DNA of 64,000 nucleotides from an uncultured Desulfospira sp. (GCA_963663165.1 OY760175.1:2752001-2816000); one strand, 5' to 3'. Shown: positions 10,752 through 21,017, numbered from the stretch's first letter. The notes: generated by a model not told the origin, from the letters alone. A program made the numbers and translations.

Positions 10752-12890
10752 ATGAAACTGAAAATATACCAAAAACTGATTGGTCTGTTCATTATCATCG
10801 GCCTTACCCCTTTTCTGCTTATCAGTATCTATGCCTTTATAAACTCCAGAAACGCCCTGGAAAAAAACGCCAGAGACCGACTTTCATTTTTGCTGGAAAG
10901 CCGGAAAGAAACCATTGCCTTGTATCTGGATACCGTCAAAAGCCAGGTGGCCACCCAGGCCCAGAGTACCATGATTCGCAACGCCATGCGCCGATTTTCC
11001 ACCTCATTTAAACAGTTCAGGCAGGAGGAATTCATTCATTTCAGCAGTGACCAGGAAGCCATTACCACCCGCCTTAAAACCCGGTACATCTACCAGGAGT
11101 CCCACACCCTGGATGCCCCCAGGGATGCCCGTTCCCTGTGGTTTCCCAAGGACTGGCATGTTCAATACCTCCAATATCTGTATATCGCCAATAACCCCTT
11201 TCCCATCAACGAAAAATGCGAGATGGACAAGGCAAAGGACAACAGCCTTTACTCTGTGGTCCATTCGGAATATCACCCCATATTACACCACTTTGCCGAA
11301 GAATTCGGGTATCATGACCTGTTTTTGATAGAGGCAGAGACCGGCCATATGGTGTATTCCGTATCCAAAAAGGTGGATTACGGCACCAGCCTGCTTACAG
11401 GGCCCTATGCCGATACCCATATTGCTAAAATTTTCAAGGCGGCGGCCGCCGCTGAAAAGCCCGCCATTTTTTTTAGCGACTTTGCCATGTATCCGGCCTC
11501 CTTCAACCGCGAAGCCGCCTTTATTGCTGCCCCCATCTTTGAAAACAAATCCGTCATCGGGGTCATCATTTTCCAGATCCCGGTGGCCCGTATCAACCAT
11601 ATCATGACCAGCGGCCACCAGTGGCAGAGTGTGGGGCTCGGCAAAAGCGGAGAAAGCGTTCTGGTAGGGCCTGACTTAAAATTTCGCTCCAACTCAAGGC
11701 ATCTGTTCGAAGAACCCGAGATTCTCAAAAAACAGCTTTCAAGCCAGGGGGCAGAACAGCATGTTATTGACCGGGCCAAACAGCTCAATACAGCCATCGG
11801 CACCCTGTCCTATGACATCCCCATCGTCGGCGAAGCCCTGCAGGGAAAAAGCGGGGTTAAACTGACCTTGGATTACCGGGGCGTTTCCGTTCTGGCAGGA
11901 TATGCCCCCCTTGACACACTCGGCACGCGGTGGGCCATCATCACAGCCATTGATGAAGATGAAATTTTAGACGCCTTTTTCAGCCTCAGGAAGGCCATGA
12001 TTTTTCTCGGGGTTATCGGCATCGTTGCCGTGCTGGCGGCAGGGGGCTATCTGGCCCGTTCCATCAGCCGGCCCCTAAACGAGGTCATCGGTGTGTTATC
12101 CTCTTCTTCCGCCCAGATCACCACCTCTATCACCGAGCAGGAATCCGTGGCCCGGCAGCAGGCCAGTGCGGTCCAGGAGACCAACGCCACCATGGAGGAG
12201 CTCGGCACCTCCAGCAAGCTGTCCTCTGAACAGGCCCAGGCGGCCGCGGCCGGCTCCCAGCAGGTCCTGGACCTTTCCGAAGAAGGCCGGGAAAAGATGG
12301 AAGATATGGTCCTTGGAATGGATACTTTAAAAGAAAAAGTGGATGATATTGCCAAACAGATTCTTCATTTATCAGAACAGACCGGTAAAATCGGCGATAT
12401 TACCAACCTGGTGTCAGACTTTGCCAACGAGACCAAAATGCTGGCCATGAATGCGGCTGTGGAAGCGGTCCGCGCCGGGGAAAACGGCAAAGGCTTTTCC
12501 GTGTTGTCCGTGGAAATCAGGAAACTGGCCGATGAAAGCAAGCGATCTGCAGAACGGATCAATGCCCTGGTGGCCGAAATCCAGAAAGTTACCAATGCCA
12601 CGGTCATGGCCACGGAAGAAGGCACCAAAAATGTCAACCGGGGGGCAGAGCTTGCCAGGGCCACGGCGGAGACCTTTCAAAATGTCAGCACGGCCATTGG
12701 TGAGGCGGCCCGGAATACCACACAGATTGCCTTGAACGTTCAGCAGCAGGCCATTGCCGTAAAACAGGTGGTGGAGGCCATGGGAACCCTGAACCAGGGG
12801 GCCAAGGAAACCTCTTCGGGCATCGGCCAGGTCAAGGCCGGTATTCAAACCCTGAACGATGCGGCCCGGACTTTAAAGGAGATGGTATAA
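10752..12890 (+). CDS. Methyl-accepting chemotaxis protein with a large periplasmic Cache-like sensor domain
   Basis: Two TM helices; signalling hairpin ETKMLAMNAAVEAVRAGENGKGFSVLSVEIRKLA; GGGAG RBS before ATG 10752. Confidence 0.92.
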   Translation: MKLKIYQKLIGLFIIIGLTPFLLISIYAFINSRNALEKNARDRLSFLLESRKETIALYLDTVKSQVATQAQSTMIRNAMRRFSTSFKQFRQEEFIHFSSDQEAITTRLKTRYIYQESHTLDAPRDARSLWFPKDWHVQYLQYLYIANNPFPINEKCEMDKAKDNSLYSVVHSEYHPILHHFAEEFGYHDLFLIEAETGHMVYSVSKKVDYGTSLLTGPYADTHIAKIFKAAAAAEKPAIFFSDFAMYPASFNREAAFIAAPIFENKSVIGVIIFQIPVARINHIMTSGHQWQSVGLGKSGESVLVGPDLKFRSNSRHLFEEPEILKKQLSSQGAEQHVIDRAKQLNTAIGTLSYDIPIVGEALQGKSGVKLTLDYRGVSVLAGYAPLDTLGTRWAIITAIDEDEILDAFFSLRKAMIFLGVIGIVAVLAAGGYLARSISRPLNEVIGVLSSSSAQITTSITEQESVARQQASAVQETNATMEELGTSSKLSSEQAQAAAAGSQQVLDLSEEGREKMEDMVLGMDTLKEKVDDIAKQILHLSEQTGKIGDITNLVSDFANETKMLAMNAAVEAVRAGENGKGFSVLSVEIRKLADESKRSAERINALVAEIQKVTNATVMATEEGTKNVNRGAELARATAETFQNVSTAIGEAARNTTQIALNVQQQAIAVKQVVEAMGTLNQGAKETSSGIGQVKAGIQTLNDAARTLKEMV

Positions 12891-12894
12891 CCGC

Positions 12895-12943
12895 AGCTGT
12901 TAGCTATTAGCTATGAGGTAACTGCAAAAGGCTAATAGCTAAT
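12895..12943. repeat. TTAGCTR/YAGCTAA heptamer inverted repeat
   Basis: TTAGCTATTAGCT ... GGCTAATAGCTAA; same family as 20292, 29654, 43568 and 63380. Confidence 0.7.
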
Positions 12944-12957
12944 CCAGGAAATATAAA

Positions 12958-15240
12958 ATGATCAATGATCCGGAATTGCGTGATATATTTAAGGTAGAGT
13001 CCAACGAGCGGCTGGAAAATATGGATAACGGCCTGCTGGCGCTGGAAAAGAACCCTGAAGATGCGGAAACCCTCAAAGGCATGTTCCGTGAGGCCCACAG
13101 CCTGAAAGGGTCATCCCGCATGCTGGGTGAAGACCGGCTTGAAAAGGTGGCCCATGTATTTGAAGATCTGTTGGGAATGGCCGCCAAAGGCGAGATCCAG
13201 TTTACCTCCGAGATTGTGGACGAGCTGTTTGCCGGGGTGAGCGGCATGCGCAAATTAGCCGATGAAGTGGTGGAGAATGTTGAAAAAAGCCAGGTAGATG
13301 TGGAGGCACTGGTGAATGCCCTTAAGGCCCTATGCCAGACCGGGAAAGCCTCTTCTGGTATTGACCTGGACATGGGGGCACCGGCGCAGGGCTTGAAAAC
13401 ACCCCTTAAGACTGACCCCGGGCCAGAAGAAAATCTACCTGGAAAGCAGCCGGAAGAAGCCCCATCCGCACCTGAAAACCAGGCGCCGGCCGAGCCCCCA
13501 CCCCAAAAAAAACCAGCCAAAACCGATAAAGCGGAACCGGCTTACCGAGTGGACACCATCCGGGTAGACACCCAAAAATTAGACCGGCTTATCAATCAAA
13601 CCGGCGAGCTTGCCGTTATCCGGACACGGCTGCGCCAGCGGCTCCAGGATGCCGGGAACCTGATGGACTTATGGCAGGACCTGGAAAGGGCCTTGTACCA
13701 TTTCAGCCATCTGCCGGGATTAAGCCAGGCCATCCATGACCTGCCGGCAGAGCTGGCCCAGATGATTCAGGCCATGCAGCAGAACCTGTATGAAGACAAC
13801 ACCGAACTGGAACTGGTGGCCAGGGATCTTGAAGACGGGGTAAGGCATTTGAGGCTGCTGCCCCTGTCTACCATCTTCAACCTGTTTCCGCGCATGGTCC
13901 GTGACCTGACCCGGTCTCTGGACCGGACTGTGGCGTTACAGATTACCGGGGCCGATACCACCGTTGACAAGCACATCCTTGAACAGATTAAAAGCCCGCT
14001 GACCCATATGGTCAGAAATGCCGTCCACCACGGGCTTGAATCCCCCAAGACCCGGGCAGAGAATAAAAAAGACCCCACCGGGGTGCTGCACCTGAATGCC
14101 TTTAAAACCGCCACCCATGTAATCATTGAAGTCCGGGATGACGGCCGGGGAATTGACCTTGACGCTGTCCGGGCCAAGGCGGTGGCCAATAACCTGCTTC
14201 GGGCCGATGAGGCCAAAGAGGCGGACAAAAACCTGCTGCTTTCCCTGATTTTCAAGTCCGGATTTACCACCAGCAAAATGATCACGAATATTTCCGGACG
14301 GGGGGTAGGCCTTGACGTGGTCGCCAGCGAGGTATCCCAGCTCAAAGGGACCATTGAGGTGGATACCACCCCGGGAAAGGGCTGCTGCTTTACCATCCAG
14401 CTGCCCATCAGCCTGACCACGTCAAAGGTGTTCATCATCCGGGTCCAGGACCGGCAGTTTGGGATTCCCGTGGATTTTGTCAAACAGGTCCGGCAGATTA
14501 AAAAAGAGGACGTGTTCAATGACAACGGCCGGGCTGCCATTAATATGGACCAGTCACCCGTCTCTATTGTCCCTCTGGCCTCACTGCTGGAAATCGGTGC
14601 GCCCCATCCCGGGTACGGCCCCTGTCTTATTCTTAAAAGCGGCCCGGACAGGATCGGGATTCTGGTGGATGAAATCGAGGATGAACTTGAAGTGGTGGTC
14701 AAACCCCACGGCAATCTGCTCAAACAGGTGCGCAATATTTCAGGGTCCACTATCCTGGGCACAGGCAATGTCTGCACGGTCCTGGACCCGCCGGACCTGG
14801 TCAGTACCGCCTATACCCTGGGCAGTACCGGTCTGATTGCCCGGGATGAAGAAAAAATCGAAGAACAGGAGCGGGCAGCCAGGCACGTCCTGCTGGTGGA
14901 GGATTCCATTACCACCCGGACCCAGGAAAAACGGATTCTGGAGTCTGCCGGATTTGAAGTCACCACGGCAGTGGATGGCCTGGACGGCTGGACCAAGCTT
15001 TCCAACCGGTTTTATGATGCCGTGGTGTCCGACATTGAGATGCCGAATTTAGACGGGCTTAACCTGACCCGGCGGATCCGGGAACACGAACAGTTTCAAA
15101 CCCTGCCGGTGATTCTGGTGACCTCCCTGTCCAAGGATGAGGACCGGCGAAAAGGCCTGGAGGTTGGCGCCAATGCCTATATCTCCAAACCCAGTTTTGA
15201 CCAGAGTACCTTAATCGACACATTGGAAAGGCTCATCTGA
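12958..15240 (+). CDS. cheA: Hybrid CheA (Hpt-HATPase-CheW-REC), WspE/FrzE-like
   Basis: FREAHSLKG, HMVRNAVHHGLE, DDGRGID, SGRGVGLDVV, C-terminal receiver domain (VEDS, SDIEMP, KP). Confidence 0.95.
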   Translation: MINDPELRDIFKVESNERLENMDNGLLALEKNPEDAETLKGMFREAHSLKGSSRMLGEDRLEKVAHVFEDLLGMAAKGEIQFTSEIVDELFAGVSGMRKLADEVVENVEKSQVDVEALVNALKALCQTGKASSGIDLDMGAPAQGLKTPLKTDPGPEENLPGKQPEEAPSAPENQAPAEPPPQKKPAKTDKAEPAYRVDTIRVDTQKLDRLINQTGELAVIRTRLRQRLQDAGNLMDLWQDLERALYHFSHLPGLSQAIHDLPAELAQMIQAMQQNLYEDNTELELVARDLEDGVRHLRLLPLSTIFNLFPRMVRDLTRSLDRTVALQITGADTTVDKHILEQIKSPLTHMVRNAVHHGLESPKTRAENKKDPTGVLHLNAFKTATHVIIEVRDDGRGIDLDAVRAKAVANNLLRADEAKEADKNLLLSLIFKSGFTTSKMITNISGRGVGLDVVASEVSQLKGTIEVDTTPGKGCCFTIQLPISLTTSKVFIIRVQDRQFGIPVDFVKQVRQIKKEDVFNDNGRAAINMDQSPVSIVPLASLLEIGAPHPGYGPCLILKSGPDRIGILVDEIEDELEVVVKPHGNLLKQVRNISGSTILGTGNVCTVLDPPDLVSTAYTLGSTGLIARDEEKIEEQERAARHVLLVEDSITTRTQEKRILESAGFEVTTAVDGLDGWTKLSNRFYDAVVSDIEMPNLDGLNLTRRIREHEQFQTLPVILVTSLSKDEDRRKGLEVGANAYISKPSFDQSTLIDTLERLI

Positions 15241-15331
15241 TAACGATTTTTATTGAAAAAACCGGTATCAACAGCCTTTTAAAGCCCGTTGCATACAAAA
15301 TCCAGGTGTCAATCCATAACAGACAGGAAAG

Positions 15332-15545
15332 GAGAAACGAGTGGCTCAAAAGCTGATGAAGTACTATGAGGAGGCAAAAAAAATGGGGCACCTATGACAA
15401 GCCGGTGAACTATATCAGCGCAGGCTTCATCAAGGCCATGTTCGAAAGCGTTCTCAAGATGCCCGAAAGATCGTTCAATGCGGTGGAGATACAAAGTATT
15501 GTGACGGGTGATGACACATCAATATTCAAAATTACGAGGACATAA
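15332..15545 (+). pseudogene. C-terminal remnant of a V4R-domain protein
   Basis: Reads KYYEEA(K)KWGTYDKPVNYISAGFIKAMFESVLKMPERSFNAVEIQSIVTGDDTSIFKITRT* if one A is removed from the A8 tract at 15376-15383; resembles the downstream V4R gene. Confidence 0.55.
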
Positions 15546-15548
15546 ATC

Positions 15549-16158
15549 ATGGCTATAGACAGAAAAAAGATCATTGAGCAGATGTCGCAGATCGACATCC
15601 TTCCGGATGAAAACGGCATCATCGAGGGGTATAACGTACTGATGACCCAGATGCCCACGACCTTCTGGAACGGATTTGCCGAACAGCCTGACCTCCAAAA
15701 CATCGGCCGGCATGCTTGAAGCCAAGGAATACCTGCTCTACAACGCGGCCCACGGATGCGGTTATCGCACCGGTCACGGCATTGTCACTTCCGATGAATG
15801 GAATGCCGTGGTAAAGCCCATGCTGGAAGAAATGCCCGAAGACGTCCTGCACGGCGCCTTTGCCGTTTTCACCGCCTGGGGCTGGGCTGACTCGGAAATC
15901 ATTGAACTGGTGCCCGGGGAAAAGATGGTCACCCGGGCCTATGATTATTACGAGGCCGACATTGCCAGATACGGCCGGTCCAGGAAAATGAGCACCTATA
16001 TGATTGCCGGCGTGTGCGCGGGGTTCATGGAACTGGCCTAGGCGGGGGACTACGACCCTGCGGGCAAGCCCATCGGCACCTTTGAATGCAGACAGGTCAA
16101 GGGCATTGAGTGCGGCGATTCTTATGCAGAACTTATTGTCACCAGGGCACATACATGA
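15549..16158 (+). pseudogene. V4R-domain protein disrupted by a +1 frameshift and an in-frame TAG
   Basis: ATG 15549 MAIDRKKII..PDENGIIEGYNV..FWNGFAE; frameshift near 15685; AWGWADSEIIELVPGEK..YYEAD..GVCAGFMELA; TAG 16039-16041; frame continues ..GTFECRQVKGIECGDSYAELIVTRAHT* to 16158. Confidence 0.75.
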
Positions 16159-16429
16159 AGCCATAACCCCAAACACCGGCGCCGTGGTGGTCAACCACTG
16201 TTCCAATGTAACGGGAATAGCCAACGATATGCAGGCCATGGGGGCTGTCACCAGACAGCACGGCATCCCCTTTGTCGTGGATGTGTCCCAGAGCGCTGGC
16301 GTGTATCCGGTGGATGTGCAAAATGCCCATATCGCTATCCTGGCCTTTACCGGCCACAAATCCCTATACGGCATTCAGGGCATTGGCGGGGCCTATATCG
16401 GGGAAGGCATTGAATTGACGCCTCTATGA
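16157..16429 (+). pseudogene. Internal fragment of a class V aminotransferase/cysteine desulfurase
   Basis: AITPNT..NHCSNVTG..VDVSQSAG..AFTGHKSLYG; both termini missing. Confidence 0.8.
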
Positions 16430-16662
16430 TATCGGAATTACGGCTTTCAGAAAAAATCACCAAAGAACTGATCTTCCTGCTCGGCAAAGACGGGGATGTC
16501 CAGTACTTTGCCCATTTTGCCAGGCCGTTCTTCGAAATCCGGATCCCGGGTTATTATGATGTAAAAGGGATTGAAGGCAACAAAACCACGTGGGTGCATC
16601 TGAAGAATCCGGGCCGATACTCACTGGAGGCATTCATTGAAAACCTGGAAAATATGATATAA
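16426..16662 (+). CDS. Small hypothetical protein, possibly a fragment
   Basis: 78-aa ORF overlapping the previous stop (ATGA); protein-like composition. Confidence 0.5.
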   Translation: MISELRLSEKITKELIFLLGKDGDVQYFAHFARPFFEIRIPGYYDVKGIEGNKTTWVHLKNPGRYSLEAFIENLENMI

Positions 16663-16727
16663 AATACCCACATCTCAGACTTTAAGTTGACCAGAGGCCA
16701 ATTAACCGACACATTGGAAAGGTTCTT

Positions 16728-17771
16728 ATGATTACGGTTTTTATTGTAGACGACTCAAGCTTGATGCATAACGCACTCAAGAAAATCCTTGATCCGGAGC
16801 CGGATATTAAAATTATCGGAACCGCGTCCAATGGCAGAGAAGCTTTGGAAAAAATTCCTGGTTTAAAGCCCCGGGTGGTGTTGACAGACCTGCGCATGCC
16901 GGTGATGGACGGTTTTGAACTGGTCAAAGAACTGATGCAGTCCCATCCTGTCCCCATACTTGTGGTCAGCGCCGTGGTTACCCCGGACATTACCCAGGGC
17001 GAAACATTCCGGATCCTGGAAATGGGGGCCATGGATATCCTGCCCAAGCCCGGCATGGGGACAGAAGAGGAAAACCGCATTTGGAAAAGACAGCTGATCA
17101 ATAAAATCAAAGTATTATCCGGGGTGATGCCCATTACCCGGCGATTGGCTTCAGGCCGTTCTTTTCAGGCACCGGCTTCACTGAAAACGCCCCCTGTCAT
17201 CCCTGATGCCTCAGTTCAGGAGATTGTCTGCATCGGCGCCTCCACCGGGGGCCCCATCGCATTAAAGGAAATTTTTTCCAGCCTACCGGGCAGCTTTGCC
17301 TATCCCGTCTGCTGTGCCATGCACATTTATGAGGGGTTTACCGACGAACTGATCAGCTGGCTGAAGTCCTATGCCCATCTTAAAATCGTCAAAGCCCAGA
17401 ACCACCACACCCCTGAACCCGGATATATTTACTTTCCCGAGGACAATACCCACCTGACCTTTGATGGCGGCGGGCGGTTTATCCTCACCCCTTCCGTGTC
17501 CACAGACCTGCATAAACCCAGTGTGGACCTTTTGTTTCAAACAGCGGCCCGGGCCTTTGGCCCCAAACTGACCGCAGCGATCCTGACCGGAATGGGACGG
17601 GACGGGGCCCAGGGCTTATTGGAAATCAAAAATGCCGGAGGGCTGACCATGGCCCAGAACGAAGCCTCCTGCGTTGTCTTCGGCATGCCCAAAGAGGCCA
17701 TCCAGCTAGGGGCGGCCCAGCATGTCCTGTCTATTTCCCAGATTATCAGCCAGCTGCTGCTGTTGGGCTGA
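16728..17771 (+). CDS. cheB: Chemotaxis response regulator methylesterase
   Basis: N-terminal REC; GASTGG, H, PSVDLLF, LTGMGRDGA, VVFGMPKEA. Confidence 0.95.
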   Translation: MITVFIVDDSSLMHNALKKILDPEPDIKIIGTASNGREALEKIPGLKPRVVLTDLRMPVMDGFELVKELMQSHPVPILVVSAVVTPDITQGETFRILEMGAMDILPKPGMGTEEENRIWKRQLINKIKVLSGVMPITRRLASGRSFQAPASLKTPPVIPDASVQEIVCIGASTGGPIALKEIFSSLPGSFAYPVCCAMHIYEGFTDELISWLKSYAHLKIVKAQNHHTPEPGYIYFPEDNTHLTFDGGGRFILTPSVSTDLHKPSVDLLFQTAARAFGPKLTAAILTGMGRDGAQGLLEIKNAGGLTMAQNEASCVVFGMPKEAIQLGAAQHVLSISQIISQLLLLG

Positions 17772-17863
17772 CACGCCGTGTCAATATGTTTAACGCACCA
17801 GAATTACAGATAGTCTGGGGGGTTTGTTTTCCCGATTCACAAAAAAATTAAGGACGATATCCC

Positions 17864-18820
17864 ATGGCCGTATGCAAATTCAGTCTTCCCACCGGTGAAA
17901 AATGCCCTGAGACTGCTGTGGACAGTGACGGCTTCTGCAAATGGCACGCAAGTCAGCCACCATCCGGACAGGGACTTAGGGAAGAGCTGAAAAAAAAGAT
18001 AAAGGCCGGGGAGAGCCTTGCCGGGTTTAACCTCAAAGGCCTTGACATGGCTGATGTTTACCTGATCCGGGCTGACTTGAGATATGCGGTCTTAAGTCAT
18101 GCCAATCTGGTCAAAGCCCACATGTACGGCGCCAATCTTGAAGGGGCAGATCTCTTTAAATCAAACCTGGAAAAAGCCAACCTCAAAGCCGCCAACCTGA
18201 AAAACGCCCAGCTTCTGGCCGCCAATTTTGACGGGACCAAACTTGAAGAAGCCCTTTGGAATAAAGATTATGTTCTCCAGAATGAATGGGAGGCGAACCA
18301 GGCATGGAAAAAAGGCGACAGGGAGCTGGCCCGTAAAAAATATAAAGAGGCTGAAGAGATTTACCGGAGCATCAAACAATGCCATCGGCAGCTAGGTCAT
18401 TCCAAAGACCAGAGCCCCTTTTTCTACCGCGAAATGGTGGTGCACAGAAAACAGATGCCGTTGTTCTCCTTTCTGCGGTTTTCCTCCAAGGCCATGGACA
18501 TCACCACGGGATACGGGGAGAGGCCGCTCAATGTGTTCTGGACATCCCTTGCCGTGGTCTTTTTCTGTGCTTTTTTATACGGACTGTTCGGGGTCCTGGA
18601 CCATGGACGCCCGGTTTCCTTCTGGGTGCATGACCGTACGTTGCTTGAAGCCATTGGAAATCTGATCTATTTCAGTTCCGTGGTCTTTACCACCATTGGT
18701 TTTGGGGATGTGGTCCCCTTTGGCTACAGTAAATGGATCATGACCATTGAGGGATTTTCCGGCCAGATACTGATCGCCTTCCTGGTTGTCTGTATTTATA
18801 AAAAACTTATGGAACGGTGA
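17864..18820 (+). CDS. Pentapeptide-repeat, two-TM potassium-channel-like protein
   Basis: A(D/N)LxxA repeats; IYFSSVVFTTIGFGDVVP pore motif between two TM helices; N-terminal Cys3His motif. Confidence 0.85.
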   Translation: MAVCKFSLPTGEKCPETAVDSDGFCKWHASQPPSGQGLREELKKKIKAGESLAGFNLKGLDMADVYLIRADLRYAVLSHANLVKAHMYGANLEGADLFKSNLEKANLKAANLKNAQLLAANFDGTKLEEALWNKDYVLQNEWEANQAWKKGDRELARKKYKEAEEIYRSIKQCHRQLGHSKDQSPFFYREMVVHRKQMPLFSFLRFSSKAMDITTGYGERPLNVFWTSLAVVFFCAFLYGLFGVLDHGRPVSFWVHDRTLLEAIGNLIYFSSVVFTTIGFGDVVPFGYSKWIMTIEGFSGQILIAFLVVCIYKKLMER

Positions 18821-18930
18821 TCCAGGCCTGAACGGCAGCGCTCTTGAAAGGAAAATGGAATCCTGGGCATGCCGCTATTCATTGATTTTAAGGGGAAACG
18901 AGAGAAGAACGCCTGTCCACCCCGTTTCCC

Positions 18931-20277
18931 CTATCCGCCTATTTTCTTTAACACCTGGCCGGCGGCGGTCAGCAATGGATCCCAGACCGGTCCAAAGGGC
19001 GGGGCATAGGCCAGGTCTGACTGGAAAAAATCCGCCACGGTCATCTGATTGTGGAGGGCAACGGCGGCCGCATTGATCCGGTGGGCCACCCCTTCTTTGC
19101 CCACCATCTGGACCCCGAGCAGGCGGCCGCTGGCCATATCGGCCACCATGCTGATATGAATGGGGGTTGATCCCGGCTGGCCATGGGCCCTGGACCGGGT
19201 TTGAATGGTATTTTCCCTGGGGTTAAATCCGGCGGCCTTGGCCTGCCCCAATGTCAGGCCGGTCCGGGCTGCCTCAAGATCAAACACCTTAAACACCGAG
19301 GTGCCGGCCACGCCTTTGAGTTCAGTCTCAATCCCGCAGATATGATCGGCCACGGCCCAGCCCGCCCGGTTGGCCCTTAAGGCCAGAGGAATCCAGCACT
19401 TTTGTCCGGTGACCACATGAAAGGCGTCGGCACAGTCGCCGGCAGCGTAAATATCAGGATCAGAGGTTCTCAGCTGACGGTCTACGCTGATGGCCCCGCC
19501 GATACCGAGTTGGAGCCCGGCATCTTTTGCCAGCCCGCTTAACGGCACCACACCAGATGCCACCAGGACCAGATCCGCTTCCAGCGTCAGGTCAGGGCAG
19601 ACCACCTTTGCACCGCCCGAAGCTGGCTCAATCCGGTCAATGGATCTGCCCGGGTACAAAGAAACCCCCTTTTGCAACAGTTCTTCTTCAATCACCTTGG
19701 CAAGCTCCGGGTTCAGCCAGGGTAAAAATACGGGGCCCGGCTTGACCATGGCCACGTTAACCCCTCTTTTTTCAAAGGCCTCGCACATTTCAAGGGCAAT
19801 ATATCCCATGCCGATGACCACGGCCTGTTTAACGTTCTTTTCAACCAGAAAATTTTTGATCTGCCGCCCCTGATCCAGATTTTTCAAGGTCTTGACACAG
19901 GCAAGGTCCACCCCCGGGACGGCCGGGACCATGGGGGCCGCGCCCGTGGCAATCAAAAGTTTGTCATAGTCAAACGCAAAGGGCTCGCCGGAAAGGGTGG
20001 TCCCGGACACTTTTTTGTCTTTGGGGTCGATCTTGTCCACCCGGTGGCCGGTGAGCAGGTTGATCTGATTTTTTTCCCTGAACACCTGGGCCTTTCTGAC
20101 CACCAGAACATCCATATCCCGGTCAGGATCAGCGATATTGTAAGGCATGCCGCAGGCACTGTAGGAAACGTCTTCGGTCATTTCCAGGACCGTTACCTTG
20201 GCATCTTTATTCAACCGTTTGAGCTTGCTGGCCGCACTCATGCCGGCGGCGTCACCGCCAATGATCACAACATTCAT
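18931..20277 (-). CDS. CoA-disulfide reductase/NADH oxidase family flavoprotein
   Basis: GGDAAGMSAA, SYSACG redox Cys, GMGYIALE, AAGDC, DLAYAPPF. Confidence 0.9.
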   Translation of the reverse strand: MNVVIIGGDAAGMSAASKLKRLNKDAKVTVLEMTEDVSYSACGMPYNIADPDRDMDVLVVRKAQVFREKNQINLLTGHRVDKIDPKDKKVSGTTLSGEPFAFDYDKLLIATGAAPMVPAVPGVDLACVKTLKNLDQGRQIKNFLVEKNVKQAVVIGMGYIALEMCEAFEKRGVNVAMVKPGPVFLPWLNPELAKVIEEELLQKGVSLYPGRSIDRIEPASGGAKVVCPDLTLEADLVLVASGVVPLSGLAKDAGLQLGIGGAISVDRQLRTSDPDIYAAGDCADAFHVVTGQKCWIPLALRANRAGWAVADHICGIETELKGVAGTSVFKVFDLEAARTGLTLGQAKAAGFNPRENTIQTRSRAHGQPGSTPIHISMVADMASGRLLGVQMVGKEGVAHRINAAAVALHNQMTVADFFQSDLAYAPPFGPVWDPLLTAAGQVLKKIGG

Positions 20278-20291
20278 GGGTTAGTCCTTAT

Positions 20292-20360
20292 ATTAGCTGT
20301 TAGCTGTTAGCTTTTAGCTTTTAGCGGCTAAAGGCTAATAGCTAATGGCTGATAGCTAAT
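20292..20360. repeat. TTAGCTG/T heptamer array with an inverted YRGCTAA array
   Basis: TTAGCTG TTAGCTG TTAGCTT TTAGCTT TTAGC GGCTAA AGGCTAA TAGCTAA TGGCTGA TAGCTAA. Confidence 0.85.
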
Positions 20361-20522
20361 TATTATAAGAAACTTCTGGAAAACCCAAGCCAAAATTTCT
20401 ATAGTTGACAGGGGCAGCCAGGGTTTGGCTTTCCCCGGCCGGCCGAGACAACGGCGCTTAAGCCTTAAAACGCCCGCCAGGCAGCTTGATCACGCTTTGC
20501 GGGATTAAAAGGATAAAAATTT

Positions 20523-21017
20523 ATGTTTACCTTGAACGATCTTTTGGATATTGCTGTCACCATGGAAAAAAACGGGGAAAAAATTTACCTGACCGCCATG
20601 GATCAGGTCAAATCCGACCAGCTCAAATCCCTGCTCAAATGGATGGCCCAAGAAGAAACACATCATGCCAAATGGTTTTCCAGTTTAAAAAAGCAGACTT
20701 TGGATAACTCAGAAGACCTTGAAACCATGCTGCCTGACATTATCAAAGAAATGATGGGGAAAAAAAGCCTGTCCCTGGACGAGGTGGATTTTTCTCAAAT
20801 CAAAACCACGGGACAGATGCTTGCCGTATTTGCCGAGTTTGAAAATGATACGGTCCTTTTTTATGAATTTTTAGAACCCTTTATTGAAAATGCCGACAGC
20901 CTGGCCGGTTTAAAAAAAATCATTACAGAAGAGAATGCCCATAAAGAAAAGCTGATGCTCATGATCCAGTCGGTTGAAGACAGCGGGACCCGGGAGGCGG
21001 TCAGCCTTCAGTTTTAA
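20523..21017 (+). CDS. Ferritin-like/rubrerythrin family protein
   Basis: AVTMEKNG..EETHH and FENDT..EENAH ExxH diiron motifs. Confidence 0.85.
   Translation: MFTLNDLLDIAVTMEKNGEKIYLTAMDQVKSDQLKSLLKWMAQEETHHAKWFSSLKKQTLDNSEDLETMLPDIIKEMMGKKSLSLDEVDFSQIKTTGQMLAVFAEFENDTVLFYEFLEPFIENADSLAGLKKIITEENAHKEKLMLMIQSVEDSGTREAVSLQF

Noticed and set aside
16039..16041. In-frame TAG in the V4R gene as a pyrrolysine codon
   Set aside because: The same gene has a frameshift, its neighbours are fragments and no pyl genes are in the window; a nonsense mutation is simpler
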